Notes: generated by a model from the sequence alone, not told the origin. Numbered from the stretch's first letter, positions 1 through 11,599 are shown. The stretch is DNA of 64,000 nt from Hamiltosporidium tvaerminnensis FI-OER-3-3 (GCA_022605425.2 CM061253.1:620001-684000); one strand, 5' to 3'. Made by a program: numbers and translations.

Positions 1-1130
1 AATCCTAAAGGTGGAAAGTACCAATAGAACCCACCATCTGAAATAGAAAGCTTCTTAAAAGTGAAATATAGGTTGGAAGAAGAGGTCACTGAGAAGAATT
101 TAGTAGATGCTCAACTTGCAAAATTATAAGACGAAAACTTCATTCAAAGTTATATAATATAAGAAAAATTTGGCTTGTGTTTAGTCACTCTACTAGATGG
201 GTAAAGAAGAAGAGTGTTAGACCACTGATGAAGCGTTCTGCTGCTATATTTAGATAGAAATGTATTCTGAGGAGGAAAAAGTATTTACTAACACCGTAAT
301 GAATCCGTTAAAACTGTAGATATCCTAGCAACTCGATATGAGAAAATACTAGGCCATGGCTACACCAGACGGCGTAAGGAAGTGGTAAGATACCAGCACC
401 CTCTCTTTCTAAACAAATAAAGATATAGTCTTCAAACCGAATTGGAAGCCAACAGTTCAATAAATTTTTAACAACAAGCATACGGAGATAAGACTGGACA
501 CCGGGGTAAGAACTGCTGTCAAGATTCGGAATTATAGACCCGATATATTTATTTTAGATAAAAGAAAAAATATTCTGATATTCATTGAAGTAGGAATTAC
601 ATTCCAAAATTCACTTCAAATAGTGTAAACTGCCCAACTTATGAAGTATGATCTGCTAACTAATGAGTTAGGTCTTATTTATATGTGTAGTGTTTATTTA
701 ATCCCCGTATGTGACAACCTGGGAGGATATTTTGACAAAATACCATAAGTCACACCTCAAAAGACAGCAAATCTCTCATAATGCAAAATATACATTCATT
801 CATAGTACTTAAGCAGACGGTCGAAACAATTTAGTTTGATCAAAGAAAGAATTTATTCTGGTCAAAATCAAGCTGAGAAACTGCATCAAGGGGTGTTAGT
901 AATAGAGCCGAAATCCAAGAAGAACAATATTATCTTTAAAACAAGCCACTAACGATGAAGATGGTGTTAAGCATTTAAGAAAAGGAACTAATATTCCTTG
1001 ATTTCAGAAGGATGAACTACATTAAAGAACACTATGCTAAACATAAATGAAAGGTTGGATTTAGAAGAAGAGACGATTGTAGTACAAAAGGTAGAAGCAA
1101 ACGCAGTAAACTGGAAAAATGGGTTCAACC
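1..1130 (+). mobile_element. Degenerate 3' part of an R4/Dong-type RLE non-LTR retrotransposon (runs off the window start)
   Basis: Colinear similarity to 37090-38270 (aatcctaaaggtgga, ctcaacttgcaaaa, ctaggccatggctacaccagacgg, tatatttattttagataa, tgacaaaataccataa) with many stops and frameshifts. The 3' end is approximate. Confidence 0.9.
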
Positions 1131-1749
1131 GTGAAATTATGGAAAAAAATAAAAGAAAAGTGAAAAGTATAAGAACAATAAAAGTATCTCGTCGTGATGA
1201 AAAAGACAAATGATGCAAGAAATCAATGTCTGGATTTTCGCTAAGTGCAAGATTATAAAATTTTTTCTTATCTTTACAAATCCTTTAAGAATTAGAAGGC
1301 TACTAAATGGCAAGACTTTTTCTAGAAATCTGTTTTGTAATTTTCATGTAACTAGAATAGAAAAATTGGCTGAAGTTGTTAGTAATTGTCGTAATTTTTC
1401 GTCCGGCTTATATATAGGGAAATATCTTTTAAAAATTTCTATTTATTTACAAAGAAGGGAAATCATTAAAATAGGGATTAAGCAAAAAAAATGCATATTA
1501 TTATCAATCAAAATGCTTTCTGGATATTTTAGAATGATTTTTTTTTTGAAGTATAAAATTTGAATACTTAAATGAAATAAAGTCAAAGAATAATTAATTT
1601 TTTTTTAAAAAATAATCGTTTTTAAATCACCTCGGGTGATCATTTTTGTTACTATCTTCTCATTGAAAATTTCTATAATAGTAAAAACGTTTTATATGAC
1701 ATTTTTTCGTTAAACCACAATTTGATTTTTTTATAGTTCGTTTGGGTAT

Positions 1750-2015
1750 TTCCTACTTTTGAAAAACCTTTATTTGCTCTAATTCTATTTTTCTTCACAA
1801 TTACTTTGCTTTGGTATAAAAAGTTAAACAACATATTTGCCCAAATGATTGCTATAGATGCAAACCATCCTTCATTAATTGGTTTTCGAAATTGTTTCTT
1901 TCTTTTTCTTTAAAAAAATCTTTGTATAAATCAAGTAAGAAAATATAAATAAAAGAGGTGAAAAGAAGAATAGAAAGAGAAGATTAGCAGAAATAAAACT
2001 TTATACTATGCATCT
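1750..2015 (+). repeat. Dispersed non-coding repeat, copy 1 (copy 2 at ~11600-11965)
   Basis: Shared blocks acaattacttt.ctttgg, aaacaacatatttgc.caaatgattgctatagatg.aaa, aagaaaatataaa, atagaaagag...agcagaaa and tatgcat.tttac. Confidence 0.75.
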
Positions 2016-3565
2016 TTACTGTTGTAAATGAGCATAATGAAGCTATATAATTGGTTCAAATATAACCCAGTTACTTCATGAGATTATCTACATCGAATTA
2101 TCCAACATTGATGAGATATAATAATCAATGATAAGTTATAGTTTTGGTCACGTATAAATATAAATATACGTAAGTTTTAAATTTACATGTTTTTTCATAA
2201 TAATTTTTTTATTTACTTTGAAAAAAACTAGTGGTAGGGCATACAAACCCAACCGTCAGTATAAGAGTTGTAGTTTCTGCAAATATTATCATGGTTAATA
2301 GGCCAGAATTTACATCTGAAAACCTAATTCAGTTCTCGGTCAATTTAATATTTACCTTTCAAAAAATAAAAGTTTGCAGTAAGCTGAGAACATAAACAAT
2401 CCAAATAAAGATGTCTATGGAAAGCCTTCATTTAGCCCATCCCAAATTCACTTGTATCGATTTTTTTTTTCATATGATAATGCAAGTCATAGAAAAATAT
2501 TAAGATTATATATATCAGTATTAAAACTTCAACTTTTCTTATACCGATTAATTCGTTAATTATCAGAATTATAGTTTAGTCATTAATTCGAAAGTAAAAT
2601 ATTTTTGAATTTATTTTATTTTATTTATCTAGTGGATATTTCCATAGTACATTGTTCGGTTAAACATGAAACGTTATGAGATAAAAAAATTAATGATAAG
2701 AAATCAAAACTGGATATGCTTAATTAATATCAAATTATATTTCTAGGAATTATAAATACTACCTGAGAAAAAAAAATTGCTTCAATTGCTACGAAAAGTT
2801 TATTTTCCTATAAATAATCAATTTTCCCTACAAACGTTTTTAGAAAGTTCTATGAAAATGAACCTTAAGTCTCTTTCATAATAAGACATCTCTGTGTATT
2901 TAGAATCAACCCTATTTTTTGATCAGTTAAACATTTTAGAATTTCCCAGAATGTTTCTACAAGAATATAAAATATTTTATAAACAAATCAAATCATAAAA
3001 AAAAAATAAAAAACAATTCTATAAAAAAATTCCTTAAATAAATAAAAATTCGTCATAATTTCTATCAACCACATACCTTGAAAAACATTGTTAAAATATT
3101 AAAGTCTTATAAATGTATTTCTAAACGTGTAATTTACTTCTACATGTTATCAATAAAATATTCAAAAAAATAGAAATTAACAGTAATTTTTCGGAGCAAA
3201 ATTCTAAAACCAATGCTTTTTTTATCAATTGTCATTTTTTTATTTACGTTTTCAATTTTTTTCTATGTTTCTTTTTCTAATTTTATCTTCTAAAAATATT
3301 TTTATGTAAATAAAAAGCATTTAAACGCTGCTAAATTTATCTTTCTTTGCTACAATTTTAAGTTTTTTCCTGTTAGTGTTTCATAGTAAATTTTATTGTA
3401 ATTATTCTTTTGAATAAAATTTTACACATATTTTAACACATTCCTTAACATTTAACCTTACCTCTAATTATCCTTGATCTTATCATCCATACCCCTCCTC
3501 ATATCCTCCTTCTTCTTATTTCCTTTAGTTTAATTTTTTTTTCTTTGTTAAAACAAATACCTTTA

Positions 3566-3579
3566 AAATAACCCTTATG
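3566..3579 (+). promoter_or_regulatory. Microsporidian-type CCC motif immediately upstream of the start codon (representative; also before 6173, 9910, 14853, 48360 and 33794 minus)
   Basis: aacccttATG, aacccATG, accccaaATG, cccccccaaATG, cccctttaaaaaaatagaaATG and accccttaaaaATG: six of the seven intact genes. Confidence 0.8.
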
Positions 3580-4890
3580 AAAGACACAGAAATGTTCACA
3601 ACAATACTCCATCTTACACCTAAAGATCCATTAAAAGCAACCACACTTCTTCGTAGCCACCTAAACACACTAACACCAACATCTGAGCCTACTACACCAT
3701 CAGCCGAAATATTTTTTCATGCAGTTCAACTAACAAATCTAATCAAACAAAAAAAATACGACACTGTTTTAGAAATAAGCATTACACTTATAAAAAAGCA
3801 TTTTCATATTTCCAACATATTCCAACATAACTACGACTACATAACACTTATTGATCAGATGTATTCATCTCCGTGCCTGCGACACTTCGATTTTCCACTT
3901 TCCATAATTCTTTTGTGTTTTTATAATTCTTTTAAAAAAATTCATTCCACAAAAAATTCTCAAATATTTTTTATTCTTTTAAATTTAAATAAAGAAATAC
4001 AAAATACAGAAAGCGTAGGAATTTTAACTGTTGTTGTTTTAGACATTCTTATTAAGAACCACCTATACTCACAAGCACTTCTCCTCATAAACAAATGTAA
4101 TTACACATTAAGAGGAGCATGTCAACTGAGTGGAAGTAAAACCATTGTTGATAGTTTTAGCTTAGGTGATAATATAGAGTTTGGTGTCTTGCAAGAAGAT
4201 AAAGATTCTAAAATCGAAAATTTACACGAAAATATCAAGGATTCTAAATTAGGTAATAAAAATCAGCACAAAACACAAAATACAAGTCAAAGTACTTTTA
4301 TTTCTACTAACTTGTTACATCTTTTCTTCTATTATAAAGGACTGGCTTGTTTGTATCTCGGTGACTACAAATTATCAATTCAGTCCTTTCATTCTTCATT
4401 TATGCTTTCAAAAAATATAAATTTTAAAAAATTTCTAGAAAAATACACAATAATAGCCAATTTATTGATTTCTAACATTTCTTATTTAAAAAAAGTGAAA
4501 TGGACAAAAGAATTAAAAAGTTATTACAAATTATATGTGTGTTTAAAAGATGGGTGTTCGGTAAGGTTTGCACATATTTTGAAGGGGTGTGAATATGAAT
4601 TTAAAAAAGATAAAGTTTTATTGCTAATAAGAAGAATGTGGGTTAGAATATTAATGGAAGGGCTTAGAAAAATAGGAATGGTTTATGAAAGGATAGGGTT
4701 AAGTGATGTAGGGGTTAAGTTAAATATTGAGAGAGAAGATGTAGAGTTTATTGTTATGAAAGGTGTTAAGGCCAAGGTTCTTGAAGGGTGGATTGAAGGG
4801 GATGTTTTGTGTGTGGGTGGTGGGTTTAGAGAAAGGGGTGGGTATAAAATAAGAGAGGCTTTGGATGTAGGAGATGTAGTTATTGATTAG
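3577..4890 (+). CDS. RPN3: 26S proteasome lid subunit Rpn3/PSMD3 (PCI domain)
   Basis: 437-aa ORF. The C-terminal segment EGLRKIGMVYERIGLSDVGVKLNIEREDVEFIVMKGVKAKVLEGWI matches the Rpn3 PCI pattern. FFYYKGLACLYLGDY helix; CCC motif 2 nt before the ATG. Confidence 0.85.
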   Translation: MKDTEMFTTILHLTPKDPLKATTLLRSHLNTLTPTSEPTTPSAEIFFHAVQLTNLIKQKKYDTVLEISITLIKKHFHISNIFQHNYDYITLIDQMYSSPCLRHFDFPLSIILLCFYNSFKKIHSTKNSQIFFILLNLNKEIQNTESVGILTVVVLDILIKNHLYSQALLLINKCNYTLRGACQLSGSKTIVDSFSLGDNIEFGVLQEDKDSKIENLHENIKDSKLGNKNQHKTQNTSQSTFISTNLLHLFFYYKGLACLYLGDYKLSIQSFHSSFMLSKNINFKKFLEKYTIIANLLISNISYLKKVKWTKELKSYYKLYVCLKDGCSVRFAHILKGCEYEFKKDKVLLLIRRMWVRILMEGLRKIGMVYERIGLSDVGVKLNIEREDVEFIVMKGVKAKVLEGWIEGDVLCVGGGFRERGGYKIREALDVGDVVID

Positions 4891-5079
4891 TAAGAGAGGT
4901 ATTAATGATAAAGGGTGGGTAATAAATAAGAGTAGATTAAGAGGGGGTTAGTAATACTAGTAGTAATTATAAGGGTGTTAGTAATAAGGAATATAAATAA
5001 AAGTAGTATGTAAGAAAGATGTTAGTGATTGTAATAAAGATATTGTTGGTTCTTATTTCATTTTTTTTCTTTCCACGTA

Positions 5080-5806
5080 AATCACTTTATCTAAAAGTAT
5101 CACATCTTTTTAAAATATTGGCAAGTGTTATATTTGTTTTCATGACATTAACCCAGTTCTAGGTTTAACATAAATAATTGCTACCCCAACACTTCATCAG
5201 TACCCCCTGCGATGCCAAGTCCCAAAGCCTTTCATCTACCAGGTGTGTAGAACCTAATTACTAGGCGAGGCAGTTGCCCGGTGTTCGTTAATGTCCGTTG
5301 CATGGAGTGTGATCGAAGGCCGAAGCCCCCCTGGGTTCCTCCAAGACTATGCAGCATTCCCACTTACTCTACACTTTCTGAACCCAATAAACCTCTAGCT
5401 AAGATATATTTCAGAGATTTACATAGGGTCCACCTAGACAGTGCAATGTCATACCAACAGGTATTATCTGCTACTTAGCTCTCCCGGCTTTTAATGGTTT
5501 TTTGTTTCGTATCTCCCAGGCGCTAAGTCTTCTAACCCGAGTGAGCAAGGCTAGGTTTCCATGTTTTTACATGGCAATTACCTGCTAGTTCAGCTGCGGT
5601 CTGCAATCTGGTTAGTAAAAAACTACAAAAAAATCGTAGAAAAAGATTTGCCCTTTCGTCGATATTCTCCTCTTTAAACATACTCCCATGGAACAATCGG
5701 AACTTTAGTGTCCTTTTATGCCTACCAAAAATCCAATCAATGATCTTCACACCAGTTTTATACATTCATTGCCAAGCAGAAAGTTTTTTATGTGGTTATC
5801 CTCCTT
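5080..5806 (-). ncRNA. Putative ~700-nt structured RNA of unknown family, copy A
   Basis: GC-enriched island colinear with 62570-63290(+). Minus-strand hairpins include GGGGGC-UUCG-GCCUUC (5315-5330), CCAUGU/ACAUGG (5559-5574), ACUUAGC/GCUAAGU (5473-5528) and UAAAUCUCU/AGAGGUUUA (5388-5421). No reading frame stays open in both copies. Confidence 0.55.
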
Positions 5807-5904
5807 CCACTACTTGTTTTATTATTACTATTTTTAATTGTGTTCGTAGTGAAATATCCTAATTTAATAACACCATTTAGACATTATTATCTTATAATAC
5901 TATA

Positions 5905-6080
5905 TAACACCCTTTAAATATCAGTAGATTTATAATCATTACTAACACACTTTAAATATCTGTAAATTTATAAATTACTAAAACCCTTTAAATATCTTTA
6001 AATATCTTTAAATATCTTTAAATTTATAATTACTAACACACTTTAAATATTCGTAAATTTATAAGTATAGCTAACACCCA
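5905..6080. repeat. Degenerate ~35-40 bp tandem repeats upstream of glutaredoxin
   Basis: Recurring (c/a)ctttaaatatc...aatttataa...actaacac unit, including (tttaaatatc)x3. Confidence 0.7.
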
Positions 6081-6172
6081 TTATTATAACACCCCCTAAT
6101 ACACCTACCTTACCTAAAACAACACCCCTTATTTCTCTTACATTTTAAGAAATAAAACTATAAAAAAAACCC

Positions 6173-6508
6173 ATGAAAATTCAAAATAAAATGGAAAACA
6201 GAGAAGTAGAAATACAAGAAAATGAAAAATTAGAAAAGGAATTGGAAGAAAAATTACAAGAAAATGAAAACATAATGTTAGGCAAAGAAATTTGTCCATT
6301 TACAACAGCAGCACAAGATCTTCTTAAGCAAAGAGAAATTTCATATAAATATTATCCTAAAGAGTCAAATCCCTTACTTACACAAGCTATAAGCTCATTA
6401 CACGGTGGTAAAACCTTTCCACAGGTTTTTCTTAAAAAGAAATATATTGGAGGTCTTAATGAGATGCAAATATATTTTAATGCAGATTGTAATAATCGTG
6501 AAGAATAA
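6173..6508 (+). CDS. Glutaredoxin with a monothiol-type CPFT active site
   Basis: ICPFT at the CPYC position, TFPQVF (TVP cis-Pro motif) and YIGG; aacccATG start. Confidence 0.85.
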   Translation: MKIQNKMENREVEIQENEKLEKELEEKLQENENIMLGKEICPFTTAAQDLLKQREISYKYYPKESNPLLTQAISSLHGGKTFPQVFLKKKYIGGLNEMQIYFNADCNNREE

Positions 6509-6534
6509 ATAAAGGAGGTTTATACTAGTTTTAG

Positions 6535-6660
6535 TTGTTTTATATATTTTGTTGTTAGTCTTTTATATTTTAGTGTTAGTCTTTTATATTTTGGTGTAAG
6601 TTGTCTTATATTTTAGTGTAAGTTGTCTTATATTTTAGTGTAAGTTGTTTTATATTTCTG
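6535..6660. repeat. ~20-22 bp tandem repeat downstream of glutaredoxin
   Basis: About 5 imperfect copies of tatattttagtgtaagttgtct / tatattttagtgttagtcttt. Confidence 0.8.
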
Positions 6661-6899
6661 CTATTATTAGTCTCATGTTATTCCTTAAATTTATTGTTAA
6701 GACTAATAATAAAGTACGTTTTTAACACCTTTTAATTTTAAGTACCTATCTAACGCATCATATCTAATACTATAATATCTAACATCTTAATTACTCAGGG
6801 GTGTTACGAGTTAATGTGAGTATTAACATCTTTTAGCATAAATTTTCACTTTTCATGATCAAGAAAATATTTTTTTCCATTCGTCTATGCTAAGGTTAA

Positions 6900-7600
6900 A
6901 GAAAAATTTTTTTGAAATTTTTAGTTTTTTGGCGATTCAGAAGTCTTTGGCTTTTACGAGTGGAAATGTACACTTTTTACGTACCTCTTTTATCTGGAAT
7001 TTGTTTAAGAGAATCTAGTCCTCAAAGTCTTGTTCTTTTAACATCATTTACCGGGCCTAAATCCGATGCATGGTCTCAAGTAGATGGATATTACGAATCA
7101 GCAACTCATTTTGTTACTTGCCTCAGATCCCGTGTATTTTCGAGATTTTTTCGTTTCCATATGTATAGTGTCGCTTACATGGAATTGTTCAAATATCGAT
7201 GTTTAACGACCGTACATCACTTACGCTCCAGGGATAGTTCTATATATATTTTTCTTGTTTCTGCACAATAAAGTCGAGATTTTCGTTTTCTTGTGAGTCA
7301 ATATTTCCTTTTTTCCTGCTTTATTTCTCCAATATTTTCAATATTGCTTGTCAGAAACACGATTAGATATAAACAAAATATGCTTTAATAAAGATATCCA
7401 TCTCGAGAAAGTATCGTAGAATATTTAGATGCTTTTTTGAACTTATTATGTAGTTTGTTTTATTGTCATAGATAAAAAGACTTTTTTTCGTGTTTGATCT
7501 ACAATCTTTTCTATATAATCAAAAAGGTAGTCTACTTTTTCTGCTATGATACCGATATCATGTACCCGATTAACCAATAAATTTATTTGTTTCATAGATA
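6900..7600 (-). mobile_element. Possible heavily decayed Ty3/Gypsy pol relic
   Basis: Minus-strand remnants in pol order: RLPF (~7530), YSTILSRDGY (~7400, like RT FSxIDLxDGY) and HASDLG (~7060, like RNase H DASDxG). No open frame; boundaries unknown. Confidence 0.3.
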
Positions 7601-9909
7601 TTATAACTATTTTTTTATCTTTTTCTTAGATTTTTTTTGCGTTGTTTTTAGATGCCATACAGGTGATTAAATCCCTTTTTTATAACCATACAAATATCAA
7701 TATCTGTCGTTTATATTCTTCTATTAAGATTCATGTCTTTGCCGAATTGATTTATATTCAATCAAACTTATGATTTTTAGGTGAATTTTCGAGTTTACAG
7801 GTTTTAAAATAAAAATAATATTATTACCCGCTATTATATGCATATTTATAGATTATTAAAGCCAGTTACATGAATTAATTGTAGTCGTAGCATTATTTTT
7901 GAAAAACAATCTTCCGGAATTATTTAGTCGATTTTTGATCTTCCTTTTCTTTTCTAAAACCAGCTTTTCATTCACCGATGATATTTTATAAGTATGATTT
8001 GAGACGTTTCGCTATACTTTCTGTAGGGTTTTGTATGTGTGAGTTAGAAGTTATGTCGGCTTAAAATTTGAGAAATTAATATCAGGTTTTTCTGTACATC
8101 GGCACAAAAAGAATCTTATTTAAATATTCTGTGCCTTTGAAAATGTTTCATACGCCTCAGATTGACGAGAAAACGTCTTCTTTTAGCGCCTTAACACGTT
8201 ACTTTAAAAATAATATTGTTTATGAGCTTTTCACTGCATAGTTGCTTGATTTTCATATAATACATTCGCGTATAATTTATTAAGTGTATTCGTTACCTTC
8301 GCTATTTTTATTGGTGATTTTGTTTGAAACTCCAAAGATTTTGCGATATTCTTTCATTTCAATAGATCGTGAGAGATTTTTTTTTGTATCTGCCCTCAAA
8401 CCCAGACATTTTTCAGTCTTTACAACACTATACGAAAAATCAGAATAGCAACTTTTCTGATTCGCAAACCTCTTATTGCGTCTTTTATATACGCAAACAT
8501 TTCTCTTTTTCGTTTATTTTATGGGTCTGATTATGTTATCAGTCTTTTTTCATCATTCTATCTTCCTTTTCTTGTTCTACATACGTGTGAGGCTTTGTCC
8601 TGGCAATTGTCGAGTGGTTTTGTACCGCTAAAAATATATTTTTCCAATTTATATACCGCCTGATTAGCGCGTATGTCGCCAATTCTTTTTACTCAAACTA
8701 GCGTATGTCTTTTGGTGTGCTTATTAGCCTAGTTTTAGTTTAGTCACACCTTTGTTAGTATTTTTAGCCTTTTTCATATCTTTTTGTTTCACCTCTTATG
8801 TTCTAATTCGGTAGCTTCAAAATAATTTTTACTTTATAAAATTATACCGTGCAAGTCTTTTACACATAGATTTTTTTTGTTTTTCTAAGTCAAATTTCTT
8901 AGCGGAAAAGGTTTTAAACCAAGTACTCCAAAATATTATTTCTTCTAGATTCTATAATTAACACTTAGTTATCTGTAGCTGATTATACTCTCTTATATTT
9001 ACATACAGCTTGCTTAATGAGTGGGTATCTTGTCTTCTCAACCTCTTCATATATTTGATTGATCGATGCTGAGCTGATATTTTTTACGTTCTTTGTGTAT
9101 TTATTTATGTATAAAACGTGTGCTAAAACAGATTGATGCCTTGCTTGTAACAAAGTCAGTTTAGAACAAATCGTTTTTTTTGTTTCCTTATAAACGATTT
9201 CTTTTTCGGTATCTGCTGTTGTACCTTTTCTTTAATCTTATTTAGCGTCTATGTCACCGAGTAGCCTGGTTATATCATTTTTGCGGCTTTAAATATAGTA
9301 TATCTTGTAGGTTGTAAATAATGTATTCTTTATATCATTTTTTTTCATCAGTGGAAGCCTATGAGTATCATTTTGACAAATTAAAGAATCTATTTTCTTC
9401 ATATTCGGTAGATTTTTTCACTTATTTTTTTTAGTATTTTACATTTAAACAATATTATGTTTAAAGGAAATCAATACGCATCATATTATAGAGTAATGTT
9501 CCAATTATAAAAGATTGTTTAGTCTTCGATTTCGACTAAAAATCTTCCTTTCCAATGAACATCTTACAACACTGCAATATTCATTTAATATTATTACTTC
9601 TGAAGCAAAGTATTCATATACCCGTGGCATAAGAATGTCTGCACATTTTAAGGCGTCATCCTTAGCTCATATCTAAGATTCTTTGTTTTTTTAATTAATT
9701 TATAAGAATTTTCGTTTATTGAGTCTTGTTGCGTAACAGTTTTAAAATAGTCATAACATAGTGGTACCTTCCTAAATAGGTTTATCCGGAAGATTAAAAC
9801 TTTCCTTTTGAATCTAAGTTACGGACCGAGGGATTCATAGCCAACTCCTCCCGCACTTTCATTCCTATTAGACCAAACAAACTTTTTTATCCTATAAATT
9901 ATACCCCAA

Positions 9910-10977
9910 ATGAAGAATAAAAGTTTAAAATACTTTTTACTTGGTTGTACATTACTAGCAATAAGAAAATATTATAAAAACAATTTAAACATATCATTCA
10001 GCTCAATAAACATTAACAGTCCTCTTTTAGGATATGAAATCCAATTCAGAACAAAATACTGTTTAAAAGAAGAAAATAGAAATAAAAAAGTAGAAAATAC
10101 AAATATTTCACACTTTTTTTACAAATACATTAATATAAAATACTTTGCACCAGTTATGTCACTAACAGACATATTAGTAAGTATATATACAAAAGATATA
10201 AAATATTATTTACTATCCTTATTATTACCTTATGATATATCAAGTATAGAAAATTTATTATTTTTATTACTTCTTAAGGAAAAGTGGTATTCTTTGTTTT
10301 GTGGGTTTGTTTTATCTTTATATTCATATTATTATTTACCTTTTCTTATTCTAATTAGTATTAAATTTTATAAGAGAAATATAAAGATAGGAATGCCGAT
10401 GAGTATAATACTTGGTATAAGTATGTGGATGTATAATATAATATGTAGCATGTTTGATAAGTATAATATTAATAATTACAAAACCACACCTTTATATATT
10501 TTTAAAAGTATATTTTTAATCTGGTATAACAATTATAAAGACTTATACAATATATTACATTATCCTTCTCAAAACATGTTCTGGTATTTATACATGCATA
10601 TGTATAAACAGTATAGTTTATATGTGTATAGTATATTTACAATAACATATTTCTTTATATTTACTATCCTGCCTGTAAATATATCATATGTTCATATTAT
10701 AGTTTTATTATTTTTTAAACCGTGTAATTATAAAAATTTTATACTTTTACCTTTTTTGGAAGGGAATGGAAGAGTATTTACCGAAGAAAAGATGGTTAAT
10801 AAAGAAAGAATTTTTAATGAAGGATGGGTGTTTTTTTGTGTGGTAGGGTTCTTACAGATGTGCGTGAGTTATATGTTTTGTTTTTCGTTGGTTGGAAATA
10901 CCAATTTTATTTATTGGTTGAACTTTTTATGGTTTATAATTGTGTTTGTAGTTATAAGTCATAAGTATAAATTATAA
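9910..10977 (+). CDS. PIGU: GPI transamidase subunit PIG-U/Gab1-like multi-pass membrane protein
   Basis: 355 aa with many hydrophobic segments. PSQNMFWYLYMHMY resembles the PIG-U PNxGLxWYFFxEMF motif, and the C-terminal GNTNFIY resembles ANxNFFY; ccccaaATG start. Confidence 0.7.
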   Translation: MKNKSLKYFLLGCTLLAIRKYYKNNLNISFSSININSPLLGYEIQFRTKYCLKEENRNKKVENTNISHFFYKYINIKYFAPVMSLTDILVSIYTKDIKYYLLSLLLPYDISSIENLLFLLLLKEKWYSLFCGFVLSLYSYYYLPFLILISIKFYKRNIKIGMPMSIILGISMWMYNIICSMFDKYNINNYKTTPLYIFKSIFLIWYNNYKDLYNILHYPSQNMFWYLYMHMYKQYSLYVYSIFTITYFFIFTILPVNISYVHIIVLLFFKPCNYKNFILLPFLEGNGRVFTEEKMVNKERIFNEGWVFFCVVGFLQMCVSYMFCFSLVGNTNFIYWLNFLWFIIVFVVISHKYKL

Positions 10978-11599
10978 TAGGAATTTTTATTTTATGGTAG
11001 GTTATGTGATTAGTTATAATATTAGCCATATTATTGGTTAGAAATATAAGTCATGGGATTAATTATATTTAGATGGTTTAATTTAGAACTATTAATTGTA
11101 AGATTGATTATCACCAGATTTTCCGATTAAAAACTTGTAATTTATTGTCGTTTAAAGTTTTTTTATAAAAAATATTTTTGAATCTTTTATTAGTCTGATA
11201 TTTTAAAAATTAGTTAGATTAAGAAATAGAAGTGCACCTTGTCTTAAGTGTCCTATTAATATTAATAAACTACAATCATATCTGACTTCTTTATTTATAG
11301 AGAATATTTTTTTAAGTTTATATTTTTTCCAAAAATGCAGAACAATTTAATTAAAGGTTTGATAATAAACTATTTTTTTTTCAAAGCGAAATGTTTGGCG
11401 GGGATGTTTTAACTGAAAAGTTTTAAGGAAGCTTGAAATTTAGCAAGAAAAATAAATTAAAATTCATAGATGAAGTTTAATTTTTTTCACTACCAATTGG
11501 GTTTAAATAATCGATGATATTTTTTATTAGAAATTCTGTTATTGGGAATTTCAAGAATCTAAAACATTTTCTGCCTAAAGCATTTCGATGTATTTTGTC

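Noticed and set aside
5190-5205. CUGAUGA on the minus strand as a hammerhead ribozyme core
   Set aside because: There is no downstream GAAA with stems II and III, and the motif is not conserved in copy B.
5281-5765. ORFs 5281-5478(+), which has a CxxC, and 5532-5765(-) as real genes
   Set aside because: The homologous copy at 62.6-63.3 kb has stops and frameshifts in the equivalent frames. A decayed coding origin is not fully excluded.
5080-5806. Identification as telomerase RNA, an rRNA fragment, RNase P/MRP or a group I intron
   Set aside because: Only short chance-level resemblances (CUAACC, ctgcttgg, gaactgggtt, aagatata). They are either not shared by both copies or lack partner motifs.
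9760-9860. GC-richer patch with small hairpins upstream of PIG-U
   Set aside because: Single copy with no recognisable RNA or LTR motif; insufficient support.
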